NCBI GenBank assembly: GCA_035571115.1
Contig: DATMKR010000057.1
Location: 4,231 to 68,230, forward strand
Direction: 5' to 3'
Length of the DNA stretch: 64,000 bases
Origin: Candidatus Acidiferrum sp.
GTDB taxonomy: Bacteria; Vulcanimicrobiota; Vulcanimicrobiia; Vulcanimicrobiales; Vulcanimicrobiaceae
The notes beneath the pieces are model-generated. The model was not told the origin of the DNA and made no database searches. It saw only the letters and a program-made list of their open reading frames with translations. Both the position numbers and the translations under genes were made by a program. Position 1 is the first letter of the stretch; every line of letters starts with the position of its first letter. Of this stretch, positions 1 to 9,290 are shown in pieces.

Positions 1-262
1 GAAACGGAAGGATGCAGATGTCGTATCGCCGCGGCCTCAGGTCCGAGAGCGCCCCGAGTGCGTCGGCCGCGGTCGGGCGCAAGGGCAGCTGCGTGACGTT
101 CTTCACGATGCCCAGCGCCCGCAGATATTCGCTCACCGGTGGGTGCATCGTCAGGGCATCGACCGACCACGAGTCGCGGCGCAGGCCGCGTAGAATCGGG
201 CTGCAAGCCAGCGCATCACCGAGCCCTGGCAGCAAGATCGCCAGTGCGGTACCTCGAGCCAA
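1..262 (-). CDS. Glycosyltransferase family 9 (heptosyltransferase-like), N-terminal part; gene runs off the left edge
   Basis: Not in the ORF track. Minus-strand translation from TTG at 262 reads MARGTALAILLPGLGDALACSPILRGLRRDSWSVDALTMHPPVSEYLRALGIVKNV..., which resembles the GT9 N-terminus (LGDxxxxxPxLRxL). It starts 6 nt after the stop of the upstream GT2 gene. Confidence 0.5.
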   Translation of the reverse strand, partial: MARGTALAILLPGLGDALACSPILRGLRRDSWSVDALTMHPPVSEYLRALGIVKNVTQLPLRPTAADALGALSDLRPRRYDICILPF

Positions 263-268
263 CCGGGT

Positions 269-1120
269 TTACTCTCCGACGGGGATAGGAATGACGATTT
301 CGTGCGAGCCGGCGCGATCGATCTTGTTTGAGAAACGCTTCGGCTGGTCGTAGTAGCGCAAGATGCGCATCCGATAGAAGATCGCCAGCGTGTCCACGAA
401 AACGTTCCAGACGGCCGCCAGCCGAAGCCGGCTGCAGACCCGGTTGAAGTTCACCACCACCGGCGCCTCGACGATGCGATAGCCGAAGTGATGGACGTTT
501 GCGAGCAGCTCGAGGTCGAAGGCAAATCGCTTGACTAAAACTCGCGGCAGCACCTTTTCGAGCACTTCCCGCTTGAAGAGTTTGATGCCGGTCTGCGTAT
601 CGCGCACCGGCAATCCGAAGAGCGACCGCACCAACATGAAATAGAAGAAACTGTAGATCCGTCTCAGACGCGGATACTCCACTTTCGATTGCGGATGGAA
701 CTTCGAACCAATCACTACGTCGGCGCCGCGCGAATTCATAATCGCGAAGAAATTCTCGAGTTGCTCGGGGTGCAAATCCATATCGGCGTCGAGGAACGCG
801 ACGTACTCGCCTTTCGAATAAGCGGTACCGCAAATGAGCGCGTTGCCTTTGCCTTTGTTGCGCCGGCACCGCACGATACGAACGCATTCGGGCCAGGCGC
901 GCAACGCGTCGATCGCGGCGGTGTGCGTTCCGTCCAGGCTTCCGTCGTCGACGACGACGATCTCGAAATTAATCCCGAGCCCGCGCATCGTTTCGACGGT
1001 TTCACACACGTTCTCGGCAATTGATTGAGCCTCGTTATATGCAGGCATCAAGATCGAGAGCATGGTTCGGGAGGCTTGGCGGTCGTAAAAAGTCGCGCCT
1101 CCCGGCGGAAAGTTGATCAT
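269..1120 (-). CDS. Glycosyltransferase family 2
   Basis: 283 aa ORF with GT-A motifs: LSILMPAYNEAQSI, VVVDDGSLDGT, FLDADMDL. An alternative start exists at Met 1063. Confidence 0.8.
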   Translation of the reverse strand: MINFPPGGATFYDRQASRTMLSILMPAYNEAQSIAENVCETVETMRGLGINFEIVVVDDGSLDGTHTAAIDALRAWPECVRIVRCRRNKGKGNALICGTAYSKGEYVAFLDADMDLHPEQLENFFAIMNSRGADVVIGSKFHPQSKVEYPRLRRIYSFFYFMLVRSLFGLPVRDTQTGIKLFKREVLEKVLPRVLVKRFAFDLELLANVHHFGYRIVEAPVVVNFNRVCSRLRLAAVWNVFVDTLAIFYRMRILRYYDQPKRFSNKIDRAGSHEIVIPIPVGE

Positions 1121-1128
1121 AGTTAATA

Positions 1129-2673
1129 TTACGCGATCGGGGCTTCGCGGTTTTCCGGCGGGCTAACGAGATTACGCTCGAACTTCGCGACGATCGTGTG
1201 CCAGGCGAGGTCGAGCTCTTCTACGTCAAGCATGCGGGCGAATGCGATGAAAACGGTTCCGCCTATTGCGATCTGCCCGAAAAGGAACCAGGCACGCGAG
1301 GCCAGCGTCGCTTCGGGCGTCACACCCAACGCGCCGATCCAATGCAGTGCCGCGAGCATCGCCAGCGAGCAGACCGCGATTTTTCCGATCGAGATGACGA
1401 GCGCGCCCCAGTCGATGCCCGAAACGAGCCTCGCGGTCAGCATCAGCAGGAGCACGGCCTGCACCGTCTGGCTCGTCGAGTTTGCGAGCAAGAGTCCCCG
1501 CGCCCCCAGACCGGGAAGCCACACCAACGAAAGCAACACGTTGAGGACGACGGTCATGACCGAGATCGTGACCGGCCAGAGCGTTTCGCGGCAGGCAAAG
1601 CAGCAACGGGTCAATACGACGTTCGCACCCAGCGCGACTAAACCAAACGCGGCGTAGGGCAGCAGTCCGGCAGTTAAATCGGTGGCGCCGGCCTGAAAGG
1701 TTCCGCGTTCGAAGAGCGCCTGCACTAACGGGTGGGAGAGAACGATCAAGGCACAGGCGGACGGAATGGTGATGAAGTTCACGAGACGTAAACCGGTAAC
1801 GACGCTGCGCGCCACACCGCGGCGGTTCTCTCGGGCAAACTGCGCGGCGAGCAAGGGGAAGATCACGGTCGCAATGGCCGCCGCAAAGATCTGCTGAGGA
1901 AAGTTAACGAGCTTCGTTGCGTAGTTCATGCCGGCGATGTATCCGGGCGCGAGCGTCGACGCGAAGAAACGGTCGAAGAAAAGGGCGAGTTGACCCGCCG
2001 CCGACCCGACGATGATCGGCCCGAGCAAGACCCAGATCTTCTTCAGCCCGGGATGGTGGAGATCGATGATCGGCCGGTACTTGCCGATCGAGAGAAAGGA
2101 TGGCAGCTGAACGAGCATCTGCGCGGTTAAGCCCAGCGCGGTCCCGACGACGAGAGCGTAGATTCCCATGCCGTGGCTGAGCAAGACGACGCAAGCGATC
2201 GTCACGATGTTGACGGCCACGCCGACGAGGGCCGCGGATCGGAAGCGATGGTAGGCGTTGAGCATCGCCGACAGCACGCCGCTCAGACTGACGGCGACGA
2301 TGCTGGGCATCAGCCAGCGAGTCATCCTGATCGCGACGCCCATCTGCGGCGCCGGGAACCCGTGGGCGATGATCGGCACGTACCAGCGTGCTGTAAAGAA
2401 GCCGACGATAGCGCAGCCCGTAACGACGATCGCCAGAATGTTGAGCGTCGTACTCGCCAAGCGCCAAGCTTCGTCTTCCTCATGGTTGGCGAGATACTCG
2501 GAGAACGTCGGAACCAGCACGCTCACCAGCGCGCCGTTGAAGACGCCAAAGAGGATAGTCGGGATCGTCGCCGCGGCGAGAAAGGTATCCATCTCCCAGC
2601 GCGTCCCATAATAGCGCGCGCTGACGACCTCGCGCATGAAGCCAAGCAGCGTCGACGCAAAGGTGGCTCCCAT
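1129..2673 (-). CDS. murJ: Lipid II flippase MurJ/MviN family
   Basis: 514 aa polytopic membrane ORF. The N-terminus LLGFMREVVSARYYGTRWEMDTFLAAATIP matches the MurJ signature. The N-terminus looks about 15-20 aa short, and the in-frame upstream sequence (RHRISIAGSTFFI) has no ATG/GTG/TTG, so the start is uncertain. Confidence 0.8.
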   Translation of the reverse strand: MGATFASTLLGFMREVVSARYYGTRWEMDTFLAAATIPTILFGVFNGALVSVLVPTFSEYLANHEEDEAWRLASTTLNILAIVVTGCAIVGFFTARWYVPIIAHGFPAPQMGVAIRMTRWLMPSIVAVSLSGVLSAMLNAYHRFRSAALVGVAVNIVTIACVVLLSHGMGIYALVVGTALGLTAQMLVQLPSFLSIGKYRPIIDLHHPGLKKIWVLLGPIIVGSAAGQLALFFDRFFASTLAPGYIAGMNYATKLVNFPQQIFAAAIATVIFPLLAAQFARENRRGVARSVVTGLRLVNFITIPSACALIVLSHPLVQALFERGTFQAGATDLTAGLLPYAAFGLVALGANVVLTRCCFACRETLWPVTISVMTVVLNVLLSLVWLPGLGARGLLLANSTSQTVQAVLLLMLTARLVSGIDWGALVISIGKIAVCSLAMLAALHWIGALGVTPEATLASRAWFLFGQIAIGGTVFIAFARMLDVEELDLAWHTIVAKFERNLVSPPENREAPIA

Positions 2674-2770
2674 GATAAAGAATGTGGAGCCGGCGATGGA
2701 GATGCGATGGCGCGGTTTACCCCGAGCGTGGTCGAGGGGCTCGCGCTGCGGAACCGCCCGCAGGTACGGC

Positions 2771-3424
2771 TTAATGCGCTCCGTCCCTCCGTAGGACGGC
2801 CGGAACGGTCTTGGCGATGATGAGCAGATCCCCGAGCGGCGTCCACGAATCCACGTAGCGATTATCGAGCTCCATCCAATGCTCGAACGAAACGTCGCTG
2901 CGGCCGTTGATCTGCCAAAGGCAGGTGACGCCCTGCGGAACGCTCAGCCGGCGCAGTGCGATTGCATCGTAGTGCTCGACTTCGCTCGGCAAAGCGGGGC
3001 GGGGACCCACGAGCGACATATCGCCGAGCACGACGTTGACGAGATTCGGCAGCTCGTCGATACTCGTGCGCCGGAGAAAGCGGCCCAGTGGATGAAGCCG
3101 GGGATCGTTGCGGATCTTAAAGACCGGGCCGTCGACTTCGTTGAGATGCATAACGCTGTGGCGCAGCGCGTGCGCGCCGTTGACCATCGTGCGCAGCTTG
3201 AACATCTTGAAGCGGCGTCCGTGCATGCCGACACGTTCCTGCGGAAAAAACGGCGTACCTCCGGTAACGCACGCGATCGCGAGCGCCGACAGAATTACAA
3301 CCGGCGCGCTGATGACGAGCAGAAGGCCGCCCGCTACGACGTCGATCCATCGTTTGAGCGTCGGCCACGATTCCGGAACCTCGCGCTCGCCCGCAACGCT
3401 AAGGGTCAATTGCATCGCGTTCAA
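2771..3424 (-). CDS. Small (PglC/WbaP C-terminal-like) polyprenyl-phosphate phosphoglycosyl transferase
   Basis: 217 aa with one N-terminal membrane helix, then PFFPQERVGMHGRRFKMFKLRTM ... SIDELPNL ... GDMSLVGPRP, the bacterial sugar transferase motifs. Confidence 0.8.
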   Translation of the reverse strand: MNAMQLTLSVAGEREVPESWPTLKRWIDVVAGGLLLVISAPVVILSALAIACVTGGTPFFPQERVGMHGRRFKMFKLRTMVNGAHALRHSVMHLNEVDGPVFKIRNDPRLHPLGRFLRRTSIDELPNLVNVVLGDMSLVGPRPALPSEVEHYDAIALRRLSVPQGVTCLWQINGRSDVSFEHWMELDNRYVDSWTPLGDLLIIAKTVPAVLRRDGAH

Positions 3425-4539
3425 CTCAACAGCGCCCGCTCGACGGTATGCCCCACGAGGTCGAGTCCTTCGATTTCGCCCAGCATCTTTCCGGGAGAGG
3501 GACTCAAATGGATGAAGGGCACGTACTCGCGCGTGTGGTCGGACCCCGGCGCGGTCGGATCGCAGCCATGGTCGGCCGTGAGGATCAACTCGTCTCCCGG
3601 CCGCAAGAGCGCTTCGAGCGCGGGTAAGCGCGCATCGAACTCCTCAAGAGCCGTACCGTAGCCGCGGACGTCCCGGCGATGGCCAAACTTCGAATCAAAG
3701 TCGTTGAGATTCGTGAAAATGAAGCCGTTGTCGACATGGTTTAGCAACGTTAACGTCTTCTCCATCGCGTCGTCGTTGTCGGCGGCGCGTAGCGTTGACG
3801 AAATTGACCGACCGCAGTAGATATCCGATATCTTACCGACTGCGTGAACCTCGATATCCCCCGCTCCGAGTCGATCGATCAGGTTGGGGGGCGGAGCGAC
3901 CGCATAGTCTCGCCGATTCGGCGTCCGGCGGAAAGCCCCCGGTTTCCCCACAAAGGGCCGGGCGATGACCCGGTTGACGTTATGGGGGGGCCCGAGCATC
4001 TCACGGGCCTTCTCGCTCCAGTCGTAAAGCCGATTCAACGGTACCACGTCTTCGTGCGCGGCGATTTGGAAGACCGAGTCGGCCGAAGTATAAAGGATGG
4101 GGCGCCCGGATGCCATGTGGGCGGCACCGAGCTCGTCGATGATCTCGGTCCCCGAGGCCGGGATGTTTCCGAGCGGCAGCTTGCCGGTAATTTGCGCGAA
4201 TGCCTCGACGATTTCGGCCGGAAACCCGTTTGGGTAGGTAGGGAACGGCACGTTCGTAACGATCCCCATCATCTCCCAATGCCCGGTAATCGTGTCTTTG
4301 CCGCGGCTTCGTTCGCGAAGACGCGCCACCCGCGCGCGCGGATCGGATACGGCCCCAACGCCGGGAACGGATGTCAGGAGCCCGAGCCCCAGAGCTTCCA
4401 GGTGGGGAATGTGCAACGAACCCAAGCGGCGCGCGACGTTGCCGATCGTGTTGGCCCCCGGCGCATCGCCATAACGATCGGCATCGTCCATCGCGCCGAC
4501 GCCGCCCGAGTCGATAACAATGGCGACCACTCGCTTCAT
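3421..4539 (-). CDS. deoB: Phosphopentomutase
   Basis: 372 aa with VVAIVIDSGGVGAMDDA ... GKDTITGHWEMMG ... LILTADHGCDPT, the DeoB metalloenzyme motifs. It overlaps the downstream sugar transferase start by 4 nt. Confidence 0.85.
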   Translation of the reverse strand: MKRVVAIVIDSGGVGAMDDADRYGDAPGANTIGNVARRLGSLHIPHLEALGLGLLTSVPGVGAVSDPRARVARLRERSRGKDTITGHWEMMGIVTNVPFPTYPNGFPAEIVEAFAQITGKLPLGNIPASGTEIIDELGAAHMASGRPILYTSADSVFQIAAHEDVVPLNRLYDWSEKAREMLGPPHNVNRVIARPFVGKPGAFRRTPNRRDYAVAPPPNLIDRLGAGDIEVHAVGKISDIYCGRSISSTLRAADNDDAMEKTLTLLNHVDNGFIFTNLNDFDSKFGHRRDVRGYGTALEEFDARLPALEALLRPGDELILTADHGCDPTAPGSDHTREYVPFIHLSPSPGKMLGEIEGLDLVGHTVERALLS

Positions 4540-4621
4540 CAGACTTTAATCCGCCGTTGCGTTCTTCGGAGCCTTTCGACCTTGAAAGACACGCGTTGCG
4601 GCCGTCGAAACGCTTGCGGCT

Positions 4622-6520
4622 GTGCCACGAATAGCATTGTCGGCGGCGATCTCGATACTGATGCTAATTCTCGCAAGCGCTGCAGCGCGCGCGCAAAGCA
4701 CGCCGACGACGGTTCTCTATCTGAAGGCGAAATCGATCAATTTCTACTACGATCGTTTCTTGCTCGAAGCCGACGGCAACGTGCGCCTGCGGACGAGCGA
4801 CGGCTTCACCGTAACCGGCGATGCGTTCACGATGGACCTCAAGCTCAACCGTTTTATGGTCGCGGGACACGTGACGCTGCACGATCCCAGCGGCACGGTG
4901 AGCGGCGCGGCGATCTCGGATTTCCTCGATTTTAAGCGTATTTACTTCGTTCCGGTCACGAGCGAACCCGACCGCTGGACGTTTCTCAACGGCGACCTCG
5001 CGCACCCCGCCAAAGGGCGGGTGATGCCCGGCGACGTCTTCTACTTTCCCCCGATCACGACCCATCCGGACATGTCCGGCACGGGCGCCATCATCGGCAG
5101 CAAATCGTACGTGCGCTTCGTCGGCGCCGTGGCGTACGTCAACGGCGTCGGCGTCCCGCTGGGAAGCAACGTCGTCAGCTTCTCCACGAACCAATATCTC
5201 GCGCAAAACTCGCTCTCGGGTGCCACGGCCGACATCACGTGGCAAGTAGCCGGCAGCCCGAATGCATTAACGGCGCTCCATTTGCGGTACGATCCGACGT
5301 ACAAGCTCTATGGCTCGGTGGAACAGCATTTCGTGGGCGATCACGAGTACGCGATCTTGTCGGTGAATCCCGCGACGCGCGCGGAGAAATGGTGGAATGC
5401 CATGCTGTACGAAAAGCTCGGCAGCCGCTTCCAGATTCAGAGTTTTACGCAATATTACGCGCAACAGAACTATCTCCAGCTGCCGCGGGCGGCGCAACAG
5501 ACGACCTGGATCAACGCCACCTACGCGTTTCCGCATTCCTACGTAACGGCCACCTCGCAGCTGGTCAACTACAACCTCCTGGGACCCGGCTCGCTCGAGG
5601 TTCCCAAGGCGCTCGGCGGCAGCCTCGCACACCCGACGTATCTGCAGTTGACGGCCAACAGCTTTCAAAACAAAATCGCCACGCTGCCGCTTTATGAAAA
5701 CATCTATGAGGGATACGGCTTCGCGCACGACTCGGTGGGCTCGCAGTATCTGAACGGCTTTTCGCCATACTGGCCGATGGGCGGCAAGCCGTTCGCGCCG
5801 ATCACCGTGCCCGGCTTGCAGGCGTACGGAGCTCTCTGCAAAGTTCAACCGTCGAAGTTTTACCAGTACTACTGCCCCACCTACACGACGATCTACAACA
5901 CGGTTCTGGGCTTCAATCTCTACACGCCGTCGCTCAAGCTCAACCACCCCGACAGCCCGTATCAAGAGTACTACTTCAACGCCTCGTTCAACAAACAGCG
6001 CCAGTGGAACTCGCTGCCGCACTATATCGACAACACGAATACGACCCTGACGATCAGCCGCCAGCCCTCGCGGTCGCTCCACATGTACGCCGGCTACGAG
6101 ATTCAAAACATCGGCGACCACTACATCAACGGGGGCTACGAGCAATGCACGGGTCCCGGCACGACGTACTGCCCGGATAGTTTCACGTCGTTTCGCGGCG
6201 TCGCGACCTTGCGCACGACCAGCTTCGGATTCAACGACACGCCGACGCCGACGTTTAATTTCTCGCTGCTCGTTCGGCATCACCAAGACTTTCCAATTCC
6301 GGTGCCGGGGCTCTTCGCGTTTCCTGCGAACAACATTCTCGGCCAGCCGCTCTATTCGTGGTGGCTGGGACAGCCGCCGTATGACGCGACCGGCGATATC
6401 CGCTTCAAGGTTCTTCCTCACACGCTCGCCGATATCTCGCGAACGCTCTACTGGTATGGCAATCCGTACCGGGCGCAATACTGGCAGCAAAACTTCGTGA
6501 TTCAGCTGCTCCCGATATGA
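4622..6520 (+). CDS. Secreted OstA/LptD-like outer-membrane protein (divergent)
   Basis: GTG start and a signal peptide (ILMLILASAAARAQS). The N-terminal region LKAKSINFYYDRFLLEADGNVRLRTSDGFTVTGDAFTMDLKLNRFMVAGHVTLHDPSGTVSG fits the OstA/LptA beta-jellyroll pattern. The long Tyr/Asn/Thr/Gln-rich C-terminal part is consistent with a beta-barrel. Confidence 0.55.
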   Translation: MPRIALSAAISILMLILASAAARAQSTPTTVLYLKAKSINFYYDRFLLEADGNVRLRTSDGFTVTGDAFTMDLKLNRFMVAGHVTLHDPSGTVSGAAISDFLDFKRIYFVPVTSEPDRWTFLNGDLAHPAKGRVMPGDVFYFPPITTHPDMSGTGAIIGSKSYVRFVGAVAYVNGVGVPLGSNVVSFSTNQYLAQNSLSGATADITWQVAGSPNALTALHLRYDPTYKLYGSVEQHFVGDHEYAILSVNPATRAEKWWNAMLYEKLGSRFQIQSFTQYYAQQNYLQLPRAAQQTTWINATYAFPHSYVTATSQLVNYNLLGPGSLEVPKALGGSLAHPTYLQLTANSFQNKIATLPLYENIYEGYGFAHDSVGSQYLNGFSPYWPMGGKPFAPITVPGLQAYGALCKVQPSKFYQYYCPTYTTIYNTVLGFNLYTPSLKLNHPDSPYQEYYFNASFNKQRQWNSLPHYIDNTNTTLTISRQPSRSLHMYAGYEIQNIGDHYINGGYEQCTGPGTTYCPDSFTSFRGVATLRTTSFGFNDTPTPTFNFSLLVRHHQDFPIPVPGLFAFPANNILGQPLYSWWLGQPPYDATGDIRFKVLPHTLADISRTLYWYGNPYRAQYWQQNFVIQLLPI

Positions 6521-6523
6521 TGC

Positions 6524-6575
6524 GTCCTTCGACGGGGCTCAGGATGACAGCGCTAACGAGGCTCAGGACGACAAC
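6524..6575. repeat. Copy of the GC-rich palindromic repeat family (CCTTCGAC..GCTCAGGATGACA)
   Basis: The sequence is gtccttcgacggggctcaggatgacagcgctaacgaggctcaggacgaca, immediately after the lptD-like stop. The same core occurs at 22.9, 39.4, 41.9 and 47.3 kb. Confidence 0.5.
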
Positions 6576-7422
6576 GGTGACGGTGCTGTCGCTGGTGCTC
6601 GCGACTCTGCTCGTGGCCGCCGCCCCTACCGTTATCGTCAGCGGACAGCTGCTTGCCTATCAAGACGGCTTCGTCTTCTTCACGACCGGCGACGGCTTTC
6701 GCGTCGCGCCCGGCATCGTGATCCACGACGCGAAAACCGGCGGCACCACCCAGCTCGTGCCTGCGCCGCGCATCTGGGCCCGCGCCACTTTTGACGCCAC
6801 CGGCACCGTTACCGAACTCGATCTCTCGCGGGCGCCGTTGCCGCCCGAAGGGAACTTCGACGACGTGACGCGCTTCGCGGTTGCGGCGTCGTCGCCGGCG
6901 CCGAATCCGGATCTGCTCGCATATCAGAGTCTCGCCACACCGGCGCCCGGCCAGAGCGCCCCGGCAAACGTGAGCTACTCGGGCAAGCCGGTGCTCGTGA
7001 CGTTCATCGTGCAGGTCCCACCGACAACGCCGCTTACCTCGAGCGTTTACATCTCGACCGATCAAAGTGCATGGAGCGCACAAGCGATCCCCATGGACCG
7101 AATCGACGCGCTGCACTATGAGATCACGCGCCGGTATCCCTCGGGCACGATCTTTCACTATCTTTACGACCGCGGATCGCTTCAGTCGGAGGAGATCGCA
7201 CAGAACGGCCTCAATCGCAAACCACGCGATTTCATCGTCCCCGATGCCGACGTGCGTGTAGTTCGCGACACGGTTTACGGATGGCAAGACCAAGTGCCGG
7301 GAAGCATCAATCAGCAGCAGCCGCAGATCATGCCGACGCCCTACAACCCCGCACCGTTCCCAAATCTTCCGCCGGGAAAGCCTCCCGAACCGCCGCCCCA
7401 AAAGGCCCCACCGGCGCGCTAA
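6544..7422 (+). CDS. Secreted protein of unknown function with a Pro-rich C-terminus
   Basis: The track ORF starts at 6517 (ATGA overlap with the lptD-like stop). The Met at 6544 gives a cleaner signal peptide, MTALTRLRTTTVTVLSLVLATLLVAAAP. The central part (VLVTFIVQVPPTT..VYISTDQSAWSAQAIPMDRID..HY) is vaguely like a carbohydrate-binding Ig-type module. The start is uncertain. Confidence 0.6.
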   Translation: MTALTRLRTTTVTVLSLVLATLLVAAAPTVIVSGQLLAYQDGFVFFTTGDGFRVAPGIVIHDAKTGGTTQLVPAPRIWARATFDATGTVTELDLSRAPLPPEGNFDDVTRFAVAASSPAPNPDLLAYQSLATPAPGQSAPANVSYSGKPVLVTFIVQVPPTTPLTSSVYISTDQSAWSAQAIPMDRIDALHYEITRRYPSGTIFHYLYDRGSLQSEEIAQNGLNRKPRDFIVPDADVRVVRDTVYGWQDQVPGSINQQQPQIMPTPYNPAPFPNLPPGKPPEPPPQKAPPAR

Positions 7423-7473
7423 AGCGGACGACGATCCAGGGATGGCTCACGTCCGGGCCAACTTCGGGATTGC

Positions 7474-8832
7474 ATGAAGCGGCGGCCGGGAACCGATGTT
7501 TATAATGCGCTGGTCTGGGCGCTCTTTCTGGCGCTCGCATCGACGCTCTGCGTCATCGCCCACTGGCGTTACACGATCTTTCGCAACGACGTCGATCTCG
7601 GCATCTTCACCCAGGTGATCGCCGGCCTGGGGCACGGCTTTTCGAGCACCGCAGAGGGCGGAGTAAATCATCTCCTGGTTCATTGGTCTCCGATCGTCGC
7701 CACGGCGTGGCCGTTTGTGCGCGCTTTTGGTCCCGTTGGGCTCGAGTATTTCCAGGCTATCCTTGTCGCGGCAGTCATCTTCCCGATTTGGGGTTTGGCG
7801 CGAGCCAGGTTGCGCCCAGTCCCCGCGCTCGCGTTGGTCGCCGTCGCGGCACTCTATCCAATTCTGTGGGCAAACGGCGTCGGGGATTTTCACGAGATGG
7901 CCTTCGTGCCGCTCCTCTCCGCGACGCTGGTCTACGCTCTAGACCGGCGCCGCTGGTCGATGAGCATCGTGACGGCCCTGCTCCTGGCTTGCACGAAGGA
8001 GGACCAGTTCGTCGTTCTGGCGGTAAACGGCTTGCTCTTTGCGGCGACGGCGCGCTCGGACGTTCGAGCGGCGCGCATTGGATGGAGCATCTCCGGCTTA
8101 GCGATCGTAATGGCATTTGTATACTTCGGAGTCGTACGCCAAGCGCTAAACTCGCACGTGCCGTATCAGTCGCTCGAATTCTTCAACTGGGCCGGCGCTC
8201 ACGGCGGAGGGCAAAGTTTCGCATGGGCCGTGGTGCTTCCACGGATGCGCTACGTTTTGATAATCCTGGCCCCGCTGGCCTTCCTGCCATGCGTTTCTCG
8301 GTATGGACTCTTCTTGATTCCGGGATTCGTCGAAATCTTCGCCGCCCATCAGCCGGTCACGATCGTGCCGGGCGCGCACTACAGCGCGCTGCTGACGGGT
8401 TACGCGCTGGCGGGATTCGTCGATGGCGCTTCTCGATTAAGCCGGAACAAACCACGGCTCGCTACGGGGCTCGTCGTTGCGGCGGCGGCAGTTTCGATAT
8501 GCGTCGCCATTTTCGCGAGTCCGATGGAGTATTGGTACTACCTTTACCGGCCTCCGAACGCGCACGACGTGCTCCTCGAAGCGACTCTGAGGCGACTACC
8601 GCGGCAGGTAGATGTTGGGTCCGAAGATGAAATCTTTGCACACTTAGGCCTCGATCCGAACGCCTCCATCAACTTTAACCACCAGCGATGGTTCGTTTAC
8701 GACCGAACGCACTATTCGGAGCACTGGAAGAAAATCGACGCGCCGGCCGTAGGACGAGCACTCGCCCGCAAGGAGTATTCCGTGATTCGCGACCGCGACG
8801 GCATCGTAGTTCTCGAACGATCGGGCTCTTGA
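7474..8832 (+). CDS. Polytopic membrane protein, DUF2079-like
   Basis: 452 aa with many TM helices. The N-terminal FRNDVDLGIFTQVIAGLGHGF...NHLLVHWSPIV resembles the DUF2079 family as I remember it. Confidence 0.55.
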   Translation: MKRRPGTDVYNALVWALFLALASTLCVIAHWRYTIFRNDVDLGIFTQVIAGLGHGFSSTAEGGVNHLLVHWSPIVATAWPFVRAFGPVGLEYFQAILVAAVIFPIWGLARARLRPVPALALVAVAALYPILWANGVGDFHEMAFVPLLSATLVYALDRRRWSMSIVTALLLACTKEDQFVVLAVNGLLFAATARSDVRAARIGWSISGLAIVMAFVYFGVVRQALNSHVPYQSLEFFNWAGAHGGGQSFAWAVVLPRMRYVLIILAPLAFLPCVSRYGLFLIPGFVEIFAAHQPVTIVPGAHYSALLTGYALAGFVDGASRLSRNKPRLATGLVVAAAAVSICVAIFASPMEYWYYLYRPPNAHDVLLEATLRRLPRQVDVGSEDEIFAHLGLDPNASINFNHQRWFVYDRTHYSEHWKKIDAPAVGRALARKEYSVIRDRDGIVVLERSGS

Positions 8833-9281
8833 ACGTCTACCGGAAACTTGCGGCTCCGGCGCTGGGATTGCTCGCCGCCTGCTCGTTGATCGCCGTCGCC
8901 CGTGCTCAGGTTCCTTCGCCGCTTCCCGGCGTCTCGGCGGCACCTTCGCAAATGCCGTCGCCGGCACCGACGCCGACGATCGCCATTCTGCCACCGGACG
9001 CAGCGCCGCAGATTCTCTGGTGGCGCCTGAGCTCGACCACGCCGCAGGCCGGAGATACCCTTTCCGTCGTCGTGCTCACTTCTTCGAACGTTGCCAGCGT
9101 CGAACTAAGAATCGGCGGCTACGCGTTCAATTTGCCAAAGACCGACGTCGGTCACTTCGAAGGCGGCTACGTCGTTCCCCAGCTTCCGTTCTTCGTAAGC
9201 CACCAGCTGCTCATGTGGATCATCGCGCGAAACACCGCCGGCGTTCCGGTTGAGAACAGCGTCGAGATCCAAGTTCGCTAG
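8829..9281 (+). CDS. Small lipoprotein with a conserved C-terminal beta-rich domain; paralogue of 10712-11281
   Basis: TTG start at 8829 overlaps the upstream stop (TTGA). Signal/lipobox is LGLLAAC. The C-terminus PPDAAPQIL...SSNVASVELRIGGYAFNLPKTDVGHF...IARNTAGVPVENSVEIQVR aligns by eye with the C-terminus of the 10712-11281 product. Confidence 0.6.
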   Translation: MNVYRKLAAPALGLLAACSLIAVARAQVPSPLPGVSAAPSQMPSPAPTPTIAILPPDAAPQILWWRLSSTTPQAGDTLSVVVLTSSNVASVELRIGGYAFNLPKTDVGHFEGGYVVPQLPFFVSHQLLMWIIARNTAGVPVENSVEIQVR

Positions 9282-9290
9282 GAGGGTTCG

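Noticed and set aside
5267-6490. Long antisense or overlapping ORFs in the track, for example 216-887, 5267-6490, 6553-7401, 11649-12392, 13031-13834, 16035-16796, 16863-17615, 20258-21316, 25722-26588, 40907-41794, 43283-44608, 53377-54222 and 54975-55724.
   Set aside because: They overlap genes that have clear family motifs, and their products are Arg/Pro/Gly/Ala-rich low-complexity sequences. This is typical of shadow frames in high-GC DNA, and no family signatures are visible.
8905-8930. A gctcaggttccttcgcc stretch inside the 8829-9281 gene as a sixth copy of the repeat family.
   Set aside because: Only two short sub-motifs are present, in the wrong order relative to the family consensus, so it is probably coincidental.
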